Below, piece by piece: positions 1 through 8,773 of a stretch of 64,000 bases of DNA. Made by a program: the position numbers and the translations under genes. How positions within the stretch are numbered: the first letter of the stretch is position 1; every line of letters starts with the position of its first letter. Under the pieces are notes generated by a model, which was not told where the DNA came from, did not search any database, and saw nothing but the letters and a program-made list of their open reading frames with translations. The stretch is from Granulicella sp. Its GTDB lineage: Bacteria; Acidobacteriota; Terriglobia; Terriglobales; Acidobacteriaceae. Location of the stretch: assembly GCA_027339965.1 (NCBI GenBank), contig DAHWNL010000076.1, forward strand, positions 1 to 64,000, in the 5' to 3' direction.

Positions 1-29
1 ACGTCAGCATGCGCTACTACATCCCCTAG
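1..29 (+). CDS. Possible 3' end of a gene entering from the left edge (...VSMRYYIP*)
   Basis: Short open frame ending in TAG at 27-29, followed by a GC hairpin at 39-78; too short to identify. Confidence 0.3.
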
Positions 30-764
30 GGCATGAAGGAGCCATGGGGGCGGCGAGGATCTTCGCCCTCCATGGCTCGTAGGACGACGATTTCAGCGGT
101 GGTCTGCCGGAAGGATCAACAAGCTTTCAGGAAGGGCCAGATCCCAGAGGTGGGCCAAGACGAGTGACTCGCGCGGGCTGAAGACGGTTGGTCTGGGGTT
201 CCGGCTGCAACGGGGCGGGGATGGAGCGCAGGGGCCATCGATTTGCGGGTAGCCGCAGAGAGAGCCAAGCCCAGCGGCACTCTCGACCTTCGGCGAGGTG
301 CTTGCCGAAATCGATCTCGGAGGTGGGTCATCGCCGGAAAGGATCGTTGCGCGGCGCTCCGCGAAGGCGCCGATGGCAGAGCGAGCCGGCCGACCGTGGG
401 AGTAAGGCCGGACGGAAACGTGGGGAAACGGTCCGGCGCTTTCCCGCCGCGGCAAACAGCCTCGATCTGACAGCCTAGATCAGAGGTCCGGAAGATCAAG
501 GTTTTCGAAGTTGGCGGAGAGGCGATTCTGAGGAACCAAATGTCTACCCAAAAAATCTGAAACCTTCTTCAAACAGATCGGACCACCCTGTGAAGAGGCG
601 GTATACGATTGGGATAGCGACGCATCCTGTGCAGGCAATGGGGCGTGTTGTGGAGCAGACCGGATTTTTGCTGACGGGTTGGCGGGTAGATTGGATGCAG
701 CAGCAAGGATCCTCACGAACCCCTCCGGCAGAGGTTTAAGCGGCCACGTCAAGGGGAGGTTTGA

Positions 765-1430
765 ATGATTCGGATCAAGTTCCAGCAGAGTCTCGATGAG
801 TTGAAGGAGCGCCTTCTGGTGATGGCCGGTCTGGTGGAACAGGCCATCCAGCGCGCCACCGAGGCCTACTCCTCCCGCGATTACAGTCTTTGCGAACAGG
901 TTCGGAACTCCGAGCCGGCCATCAACCGGATGGAGTTAGAGGTCGATCAACTGGCGCTGGATCTGCTGGCCATGGAGCATCCGCTGGCGGTGGATCTGCG
1001 ATTCATTCTGGCGGTCATCCACATCAACGTCGATCTGGAGCGCATGGGCGATCAGGCCGCCGGTATCGCCATGCGGGTACAGGATCTGGGCCAGCAGCCC
1101 AAGGTAGATCTTCCAGTGGATATTCCCCGGCTGGCGCAGCTCGCCTCGGCTATGGTGCGCAAATCTCTGCAGGCGTTTATTGAGGGGGACGCGGATCGTG
1201 CGCAGTCGGTGCTGATGCTGGATGACCAGGTGGATGAGATCAACCGGGAGGCTTTCCACTCGCTTACCACTCTGATCAAAAGCCAACCGGATTGCGCCCC
1301 GCAGGCGCTGGATACGCTGATCATCTCGCGCAATCTGGAGAGGATCGGGGATCACGCCACCAACATCGCCGAGGATGTCATCTTCTGGGTGCGCGGCGCT
1401 GACGTGCGTCACCACGTTGTCTCTGTGTAA
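765..1430 (+). CDS. phoU: Phosphate signalling complex protein PhoU
   Basis: Two PhoU repeats (P-x-A-x-DLR...DLERMGD; LERIGDHATNIAE); GGAGG RBS. Confidence 0.95.
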   Translation: MIRIKFQQSLDELKERLLVMAGLVEQAIQRATEAYSSRDYSLCEQVRNSEPAINRMELEVDQLALDLLAMEHPLAVDLRFILAVIHINVDLERMGDQAAGIAMRVQDLGQQPKVDLPVDIPRLAQLASAMVRKSLQAFIEGDADRAQSVLMLDDQVDEINREAFHSLTTLIKSQPDCAPQALDTLIISRNLERIGDHATNIAEDVIFWVRGADVRHHVVSV

Positions 1431-1781
1431 GGAAGAGGGCCTGCCGGGCCTTTGCCTGCAGAAATTCTGCGCTCTGGAGAGCCTTCCAGACGCGGCTCTC
1501 CTGTCACCCGCCCCCAGATGGCTCGGCGGGGAAGACGGTCTGCCGCCCAGACCCGGGTGGATCGGCGTTGGTTCCTGCCGGGAGGGCGTCGGCGCGGCCC
1601 AAGCCGAGAAGCGCCTGGCCAACCGCTCCCTCCATGGATGATTCGAGGATTGAAATGGTCCTGAATTCCTTCCCCCACCCTCTTTCTCTCCGTATGCTCC
1701 GCGTGGCGCTTCCTCTGGCTCTTGGTTTTGGCCAGCGGACGGCCTGGGCGGATGTAGTCTTCTCAGCAGGGGCGGCGTCTC

Positions 1782-2576
1782 TTGATTCAGGAGAAGAAGC
1801 AGATCGGGGACGAAGAGCCTATGATGCCGCAAGAAGGTGTTCAATCTGGCCAGTTGCCGTTGGCGGAGACCATGCAGGAGAGCGTCACGCCCTTTGACGA
1901 TATCGCTTCGGTTCATGCCCTCTACGAGGAGCGGATCTTCCGGCTTTTGCTGTTGTCAGTGCATGACCGCGATGTTGCGATGTCTTTGACGCAGGATACG
2001 TTCCTGAATGCATGGCGGACTCGCGCCAGCTTCCGTGGAGACTGTTCCATTGCCACATGGCTGACCTATATTGCGATGAATCTTCTGCGCAGCCACACGC
2101 GTACAGAGTACTTCCGGTTCTGGAAGAAGGCTGCCGCTACGGCGGTCAGCGCAGAGGATCTCAAGGCCCAGTTACCGCATCCCGCGCAGTCGGCGGAGAA
2201 CAGGCTGATCGCGCAGCAGGAGTTGGAAAGGGTCTGGCAGAGGGTTAAGAAGCTGTCCAGAGCTCAGCGGTCCATCTTTTTGTTGCGCTTTGTCGAGGAG
2301 ATGGAGTTGGCTGAGATTGCCAAGGTCATGCAGATGCCGGTGCCGACCGTAAAGAGCCATCTCTACCGGGCGCTGGACCACGTCCGGAGCATCCGGATGG
2401 GCGGATCCGATTCAAGCGCCGGAAGGCGCCTGAAGACGCGCTGCGAAGGCCGGCGAGGCGCAGAGAAAGACTCTACGAAGCAGAGCGCGAAACAGAGGGC
2501 GGACGAAGGGACGGAGGTCCTTCCGCTCGGCGACCCCGCAATGCTAACAACTCCGAGAGGGGGAAGACCCAGATGA
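1782..2576 (+). CDS. ECF RNA polymerase sigma factor
   Basis: Region 2 (LTQDTFLNAW...FRGDCSIATWL) and region 4 (IFLLRFVEEMELAEIA...TVKSHLYRAL); true start may be ATG 1821; long low-complexity C-tail. Confidence 0.92.
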   Translation: MIQEKKQIGDEEPMMPQEGVQSGQLPLAETMQESVTPFDDIASVHALYEERIFRLLLLSVHDRDVAMSLTQDTFLNAWRTRASFRGDCSIATWLTYIAMNLLRSHTRTEYFRFWKKAAATAVSAEDLKAQLPHPAQSAENRLIAQQELERVWQRVKKLSRAQRSIFLLRFVEEMELAEIAKVMQMPVPTVKSHLYRALDHVRSIRMGGSDSSAGRRLKTRCEGRRGAEKDSTKQSAKQRADEGTEVLPLGDPAMLTTPRGGRPR

Positions 2577-3211
2577 ATCAACATGTCCTCATCGGGAACG
2601 ATCGCGTGAACAAACGGGAATCTCAATCTCGGGGTGAAGAGCAACGGCAGCACTTGAACAGCCAAGCCTTTGATCTCTTGCTCTCCGGGGCAGAGTCGCC
2701 GCTGGAGTCCGCCCATCTGCAAGTTTGCTCAGCCTGCCGCGAAGAGTTTGAGGAACTGCGCCAGACGATGAGTCAGTTGCGTACAGCGGCGATCAGCGTG
2801 GCGGCAGAGCAAAGGCGTCTGGCCGTGATGCTGGCTCCGGCTCACCGGACGTGGCGTTCCATGTGGGCCTTGTGGGGCCTGACGGCAGCCTCGGCGCTAC
2901 TGTGCGTCTTTGGATCCTTGTTTTATCCGAATGGCGGATCGCTTCCTTTCGTGACACAAAGGCCGCCGGTCAATGCGCACAAGATAGCCACCCGCTCCTC
3001 TGCGGTTGTGGTGAGCGTGGCGTCAGACTCACAGGCGATGGTTCCGGTGTCGGCACGGTCTACTTCCGGGCAGATTTCGGATGCCCAACTGATGAGCGAT
3101 ATTGAGCAGGATCTGGACTCGTCTGTTCCACAGGCAATGCTTCCCCTGGCAGTCCGAGATGCGCCGCAGAGCGTGGCTGGAGCAACTTCCAACGCGAAGG
3201 AGAACGAATGA
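2573..3211 (+). CDS. Membrane-anchored zinc-binding anti-sigma factor
   Basis: HxxxCxxC (HLQVCSAC), one TM segment, 4-nt overlap with the sigma gene. Confidence 0.8.
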   Translation: MNQHVLIGNDRVNKRESQSRGEEQRQHLNSQAFDLLLSGAESPLESAHLQVCSACREEFEELRQTMSQLRTAAISVAAEQRRLAVMLAPAHRTWRSMWALWGLTAASALLCVFGSLFYPNGGSLPFVTQRPPVNAHKIATRSSAVVVSVASDSQAMVPVSARSTSGQISDAQLMSDIEQDLDSSVPQAMLPLAVRDAPQSVAGATSNAKENE

Positions 3212-3861
3212 CGAGAAGAAAATCTCTTGCTATGCTTTTTCTGCTGGCAGCCCCGGTGGCGTTTGCCGCTTCTTTGGCTTCCGCGCAAAGCACGAGCCAG
3301 CCGGCGGCATCAGCGCAGAGTGCTCCGCCGCCTGCTCCCGCGCCGCCTTCACATGGACCGCATGGTTGGGGTCCTCCGCAGCACGGGTGTTATCCCGGAG
3401 GTCCGGGCTTTGCGCATCGAGATCACGGCCTGGGCCGATGGGGGCGTGACGATGGGCTGCTCCCCATGGGCATGTGGTGGAAGGATCCCCATATGGTAGC
3501 GAGGCTGGGCCTGACCGCCGATCAGCAAAAGAGGGTGAGCGACATGTTTTTGCAGAGCCGGCTGCAGTTGATTCACCTGCACGCCACGCTCCAGGAGCAG
3601 CAACTGATGCTGGAGCCGCTGATGAATGCGACTCCTTTTGACGAGGCCAAGGCGGTAGCACAGATCAACAAGATCGCCGATACGCGGGCCGAGCTTGAGA
3701 AGACCAACGCAAAGATGCTGTTGGATTTTCGAGCCGTTCTTACGGCCGAGCAGTGGACCAAGCTAAGAGATCGCCGATTTGCCCACAGACCGGGACACTG
3801 GCAGGATCGGGGTGCGGGCGCCGGTGCGGACGCCAAGGCCGGCGGAGCGGAGATGCAGTAA
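3208..3861 (+). CDS. Periplasmic Spy/CpxP/heavy-metal-resistance family protein
   Basis: Signal peptide, His/Gly/Pro-rich N-region, LGLTADQ and VLTAEQW (LTxxQ) motifs; 4-nt overlap with the anti-sigma gene. Confidence 0.85.
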   Translation: MTRRKSLAMLFLLAAPVAFAASLASAQSTSQPAASAQSAPPPAPAPPSHGPHGWGPPQHGCYPGGPGFAHRDHGLGRWGRDDGLLPMGMWWKDPHMVARLGLTADQQKRVSDMFLQSRLQLIHLHATLQEQQLMLEPLMNATPFDEAKAVAQINKIADTRAELEKTNAKMLLDFRAVLTAEQWTKLRDRRFAHRPGHWQDRGAGAGADAKAGGAEMQ

Positions 3862-4159
3862 CTGCAAAGGCTCAGCAAAACGCTGCTAAGTGGAATTGAC
3901 GGGTGGATAGCCAGCCCAGTCCGCTCGTCGTGATCATTGCCGGTTGCAAAAGCAGGGATGCAACGCGCTCGATGCCGGCAGGCACCGGCCTGGAATGGCG
4001 TTGACGCAAAATCTCCGCTGCCGTGCTGGTCTGCGCAGCAAAAGGTGATGCCGCTGTGCGGCTCCTTCGAGTTCGCGGCCCTGCCGGAGTTGCCCGGTCC
4101 GCCGGGCACGATGTGGGAATGATCGATCGCTCGGCGTCTGCGGATCGCCTCCCCCAAAG

Positions 4160-4559
4160 GCGGACCATCTGAACCGAGCCATTGGCATGACGGGCCACAA
4201 ACCCAGCTACCCCGCCCGGGAGGAAGCGCAGCGGCCCTCGTCTTCTCTGTAAGCCAGCCACCATCACATCCGCCTGCCAGTCGGCGGCGGTATCGATCAA
4301 AACGTAACGGATGCACTCGCTCTTCACCGGGGTTCTGATCCTGAATCTCGCTGCGGACAGCGCCTCAGCCTTGTGCCTGACGAGGCGGTGCGCGCGCCGA
4401 CCGTTACTCAAACCTGGGCGAATAGCCGGTGTGCATTGGAGGCGGCGCCGCACCAACGGGTTGCAGGGTGTGCGGCACCGTCACTTCAGTGGCCTCTGCG
4501 CGAAGCTGCTTCACCCCCGCCCCGGATAGTTCTGGACAGTTCTTTGGACGACGCCGCAT
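4160..4559 (-). pseudogene. Degenerate universal stress protein (USP) gene
   Basis: GGAGG then ATG at 4559; first frame (EVTVPHTLQP...GYSP) stops at TAA 4404-4406; second frame carries a USP-like C-terminus (LIDTAADWQADVMVAG..RRG..RFL.GGVAGFVARHA..SVQMVR). Confidence 0.7.
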
Positions 4560-4993
4560 CGTATCCTCCACGGATCACCTTGATGGCGTGCCTCCCCTAA
4601 CGTTTTCATCGGCCTCAGGTCTTCTCCACAGGATGTGGCCCACGGCCGCAGTGGGCCTGCCTGAGTGCCGGCAGACGGCCGCGGTCCTAACTCAGACCCC
4701 CCAGTCCATGCTGCCGCACAGCTCCGCCCTCCAGCAGGCGCAGCCTGGCAGATGAGCCGAAGAGGTCGTGGAAGGTGATTCCGGCGGCGCGATTTGTATC
4801 GTTTTGCAACCCCGGCGGAGAGCTAAGTTGTTGCCGGCCATGAGAGATTGAACTTTGCTCCCTCCCTGCCGATGAATAACGTTGTTGCCCAAGGTTCAAG
4901 GGATTGTCACTCACGCAGGGTCCAAAGTCTGCCGGAAGACAAAGGTAGAAGAGGAAGTGGCGAATCCGGGTAGGAAGGGGAGGCTGCCAGAGC

Positions 4994-7369
4994 ATGCGAG
5001 AGATTGCACGGTTTCTGAGCTACCTGCCCGCCCCACTGATTCTGTTCGATGCGCAGGCCGCCATTGCGCTAGCCAACAAGCCCGCGTGCGATCTGCTGGG
5101 CTATCGAGCCGAGCAACTGATCGGCAGAACCCTGGAGTGGGTGATCTCCTCGGCGCCGAACCAAATTCAAGCCAAGAGGGTACGGCAGATGGCGGAGTCC
5201 ATGCGGCAGAGCCCGGTAAATGGCTTGGATCTCGTCCTGGAGGTGATGACGCGCAACTCGGACGGATCAGAGATTGTTGTGGAGATGCGTTTGAAGCCCT
5301 ATGAGGAGGCCGGTTCACGTTACACGCTCGCATCTCTCTGCCCCCTTGCTCCGCCCGGCGAGGCGCGGAGAAGAGTCTTGCATCTGGAGCGAATCGCGGC
5401 CATGCGGAGCCAGTTCAGCTCCCTGACCATGCGAGCGCGGAGCCGCCGGCAGCTCTTCCGGGAAACCTGCCGGATCCTGGTGGATGTGCAAGCCGTCCGC
5501 CTTGCCTGGATTGCCGGTGCGGCTCCGGGAGGCACTGGCATTCACCTCTCGGCATGCTCTGGCGAGCTTGGGTTGGACGTACAACGCCTTGTGGAGCGGG
5601 AAGAGACGCTGCTGGCTGGGGAGATACGCAGGGTGCTGGCCACGCGCCGTCCGCTGTGGATTCATGACGGCTCTCTGGACCCGCTTGCCGCGCCCTTGCG
5701 AGAGTTAGAGATCAAGTTGCAGGGTGTTTCGGCAGGGAGCTGCGCAGCTGACCCCGGGTACGACTTTTCAGCAGGCTCTCTGGTAATTCTGCCGATTCAG
5801 CAGGACGGCGTAGCTGTGGCCGCCCTTGGTCTCCACGTCGGCAAAGAACCGGCTCTCGACGGAGAAGAGCGGCGGTTGCTGGAAGAGCTGGCAGAGACTC
5901 TCTCGTTGGCGCTGGAGCACATGGAGCAGCGTGAGAGGCTGCATCGGTTGGCAAGTTATGATGTGCTGACAGGCCTGTCCAATCGTCCGCGATTCATGGC
6001 TCGCGTTGCGCGCTGTCTGCGCGGAGCCAGTGAGGGAGGACGCCGGCTTGCGCTGGTGTGCTTCGATCTGGAGCGCTTTCGGAACGTGAACGAAAGCCTG
6101 GGGAGCTCCGGTGGCGACGAAGTTCTGAGGCAGGTTGCCGCATGGTTAATCGCCGAGACGAACGATCCAGGCATGGCGGCGCGGCTGGGTGGAGATCACT
6201 TTGCGTTTCTCATCCCCACAATCCAGCCGCAGGAGGATGCCGAGATGCTCATCGAGCGCTGGGTGAACCGGTTCCAGACACAGTATTTTGGCGGCCCGGA
6301 GAACCCTCTGCGGCTTGGTGTCAAGGTGGGGATCGCCATGTACCCCGAGGACGGAGGTCATGCCTGGACGCTCTTCAAGCAGGCGGAGGTCGCCCTGAAG
6401 CAGGCCAGGGCAAGCGGGAACCGATATCTGTTCCATCTGCGTCCGATGAGCGAGAAGGCCGCCGCGAACTTTGTTCTGGAGAATCAACTGCACCGAGCCA
6501 TGGACGAAGAGCAGTACGTTCTGTATTACCAGCCCAAGGTCAGCCTTCGCGATGGCCATCTCAGCGGAGTCGAGGCCCTGATTCGGTGGAACGATCCCGA
6601 GAGCGGCCTGGTGCCTCCGAATCACTTCATCCCGCTGTTGGAGGAAACCGGGCTGATCATTGACGTGGGGCGCTGGACTTTGGGAAGGGTGATGAGAGAC
6701 GTTGAGCGCTGGCGGCGCATGAAGCTTCCTGAAGTCAGGATTGCCGTGAATGTCTCCCCCGCGCATTTACGGCATCGTCAGTTTCTCTCTGACATCGAAT
6801 GGGCCGTCAGCCGCTACCCGGATGCGGCCTCAGGGTTGGAGCTGGAGATTACCGAGGGAATGATTCTGGAGGACATCGAACAAAGCACCAGCATCCTGAG
6901 CCAGATTCGCGCCATGGGCGTCACCGTCGCTCTGGATGATTTTGGAACCGGCTTTGCGTCGCTGCGAAACCTCTCCCGGCTCCCCCTGGATACGCTTAAG
7001 GTGGATCGGTCCTTTGTAGCGGATCTGATCGAATCTCCGGCAAGAGCGACCCAAATCAAGGCGATCGTGGACCTGGCCCACGCCAAGCGCCTGAATGTGG
7101 TTGCGGAGGGCGTTGAACGGGAAGAGCAGTTAAACCTTCTGCGGTTGCTCGGCTGTGACGAGATGCAAGGCTTCCTGATCAGCAAGCCGGCGCCGTGTGA
7201 GATCTTTGAGGCCAGGTTTTTGTCTGGAGATCCCCTCTGGCCGCTATCTCCGAGTCAAAGGCAACTTCCAACTCCCGGCAAGGTCAAGAGCCCCATGCCC
7301 ATCGTTGAGATGGAAGCCGTGAGCAGAGCAAAGCCCAGCTTTGATCGCATGCGCCTGAACTCAAACTGA
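4994..7369 (+). CDS. PAS-GAF-GGDEF-EAL protein, probable c-di-GMP phosphodiesterase
   Basis: N-terminal PAS, GAF, degenerate GGDHF, intact EAL and DDFGTG motifs. Confidence 0.92.
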   Translation: MREIARFLSYLPAPLILFDAQAAIALANKPACDLLGYRAEQLIGRTLEWVISSAPNQIQAKRVRQMAESMRQSPVNGLDLVLEVMTRNSDGSEIVVEMRLKPYEEAGSRYTLASLCPLAPPGEARRRVLHLERIAAMRSQFSSLTMRARSRRQLFRETCRILVDVQAVRLAWIAGAAPGGTGIHLSACSGELGLDVQRLVEREETLLAGEIRRVLATRRPLWIHDGSLDPLAAPLRELEIKLQGVSAGSCAADPGYDFSAGSLVILPIQQDGVAVAALGLHVGKEPALDGEERRLLEELAETLSLALEHMEQRERLHRLASYDVLTGLSNRPRFMARVARCLRGASEGGRRLALVCFDLERFRNVNESLGSSGGDEVLRQVAAWLIAETNDPGMAARLGGDHFAFLIPTIQPQEDAEMLIERWVNRFQTQYFGGPENPLRLGVKVGIAMYPEDGGHAWTLFKQAEVALKQARASGNRYLFHLRPMSEKAAANFVLENQLHRAMDEEQYVLYYQPKVSLRDGHLSGVEALIRWNDPESGLVPPNHFIPLLEETGLIIDVGRWTLGRVMRDVERWRRMKLPEVRIAVNVSPAHLRHRQFLSDIEWAVSRYPDAASGLELEITEGMILEDIEQSTSILSQIRAMGVTVALDDFGTGFASLRNLSRLPLDTLKVDRSFVADLIESPARATQIKAIVDLAHAKRLNVVAEGVEREEQLNLLRLLGCDEMQGFLISKPAPCEIFEARFLSGDPLWPLSPSQRQLPTPGKVKSPMPIVEMEAVSRAKPSFDRMRLNSN

Positions 7370-7743
7370 CGCAGCGGCGATTTGTTTCCCGGATGACCAC
7401 GGCGTGGAGGTCCGTCTGCCGGGAACCGCCGCGGCGGCTGGGTCTCTCTCGATTGCCAGACCAGATCCCCGGGATGATCCGGCTCCCTGTTTTCTGGTGG
7501 TCGCCGCGGCTCTACCCGTCCTCCGCCTGCTTCCGGCACTGCGCCGTTTGCAATTGCTCAGCCCCGACCAATCCGTCCCAGTCAATGTGCTCTCCGGAAT
7601 AGGATGTATCTGCGACGGCCTTATCGCGGTGTGACGATGGACGGAGCGCAGTACGGATGACCGTTGGCAAGGTCAGGCGCATCTTCTTCGCCAGGGATTG
7701 CGCTTGTTTTGCTCCGGCCGGAGCGGCTTGGGCGGAAGCCGCT

Positions 7744-7860
7744 CTATAGCATTTTCAGTGTTGATGAGTGTCCCGAGGAGGGCTTACAGTGGCGTTTTCA
7801 TTGGGGAAAACGCCCATAGAAGTCGAGGCATTGGGTACGCCTACACTGAAACTGCTTTAG
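7744..7860. mobile_element. 117-bp MITE-like palindromic element, intact copy A
   Basis: Ends CTATAGCATTTTCAGTGT and ACACTGAAACTGCTTTAG are imperfect inverted repeats; internal stem GGCGTTTTC/GAAAACGCC; 109/117 identical to 56492-56608. Confidence 0.85.
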
Positions 7861-8243
7861 CGCGACAGGAGGATCACGCCTAACACCACGCATAGGGTAG
7901 CCAGCCAGCGTCTCCGGTCCACATGCTCGCGCAGGAAGAACCTTGCAGCCACGGCGTTGCCGACGTAGGTAAGAGCGGCGATGGCCGGCCCAGCCAGTGA
8001 AAGATTGGCGATGCTCAGAGCGAACAGCATGGAGAAGAAGTTCAACGCCATGCACAGCGCTCCCACCACAAATCGTGAGTTGGTCAGCACAGCGGCGATG
8101 GTTCCGCCCAGTCCGCGCCGGGAACGAAGCTCATCCAGATCGCCCAGCTGGCGCATCCCTGCGGCGATCATCACCTCACCCAGCACGGCGAGTGTGGCGA
8201 CAAACAGGATGGCCGACCAGACATGCAGTGGGGAAGATCTCAT
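7857..8243 (-). CDS. Small DMT/EamA (ArnE/ArnF-like) 4-TM transporter subunit
   Basis: Hydrophobic, ...FFLREHVDRRRW... motif; ATG 8243 overlaps the upstream stop. Confidence 0.8.
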   Translation of the reverse strand: MRSSPLHVWSAILFVATLAVLGEVMIAAGMRQLGDLDELRSRRGLGGTIAAVLTNSRFVVGALCMALNFFSMLFALSIANLSLAGPAIAALTYVGNAVAARFFLREHVDRRRWLATLCVVLGVILLSR

Positions 8244-8668
8244 CTGCCGATGCCCGCATCCATCCGATCGAGCTCCGGATGCCCTGTTCGCGACGGCCCA
8301 CCGGCGACAAAGCCTACCGCGGCGACGATCAGCAGGATCCCGAGCCAGCGCCACAGGGAAAGATGCTCATGCAGCCAGAACCTTCCCATCAGAGCGAGCA
8401 CCACGTAGCCGAAGGCGGTGGCCGGCATCACAAAGGTCAGGTCCGCCCAGCTCAGAGCGGTGGTGTAGAGGGAAAAGAAGCCAATGAGCAAAACAATCCC
8501 GATATCCACATAGGGATTGAAAAGGGCATGCCAGAGCAGGTCCGGGTGACGCAGATTGACCGCCCCCACCTGTTCCATGCCTCGTTTGAGGAAAGAGTCT
8601 CCGACGGAGGCTGAGAGCATGACGCCAAGGAGAATCGCATACTGCGATGGCCTCAGAACGTGTTTCAC
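8240..8668 (-). CDS. Small DMT/EamA (ArnE/ArnF-like) 4-TM transporter subunit
   Basis: ALSWADLTFVMP...FWLHEHLSLWRWLG motif. Confidence 0.85.
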   Translation of the reverse strand: MKHVLRPSQYAILLGVMLSASVGDSFLKRGMEQVGAVNLRHPDLLWHALFNPYVDIGIVLLIGFFSLYTTALSWADLTFVMPATAFGYVVLALMGRFWLHEHLSLWRWLGILLIVAAVGFVAGGPSRTGHPELDRMDAGIGR

Positions 8669-8719
8669 GGGCCTTCCTTCATGGTTGCAGGACGTTGAGC
8701 GCCTTCGGGAGGGTTGTTC

Positions 8720-8759
8720 AAAAAGGAAGGGCGGCCAGCGTCGATGGCCGGCCGCCCTT
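8720..8759 (-). terminator. Probable intrinsic terminator after hpnJ
   Basis: AAGGGCGGCC/GGCCGCCCTT stem with a T-run on the minus strand. Confidence 0.6.
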
Positions 8760-8773
8760 GCCCTTAGAGGCTT

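Noticed and set aside
478..502. SRP (4.5S) RNA suggested by AGGTCCGGAAG
   Set aside because: The GAAGCAGC half of the conserved loop and the long flanking stem are missing
93..752. ORFs upstream of phoU and a Pho box
   Set aside because: No recognisable motifs or RBS for the ORFs; no convincing 11-bp-spaced Pho repeat
4900..4990. c-di-GMP riboswitch upstream of the GGDEF-EAL gene
   Set aside because: No GCAAAC...GAAA...GACGCAAAG core; the resemblance is superficial
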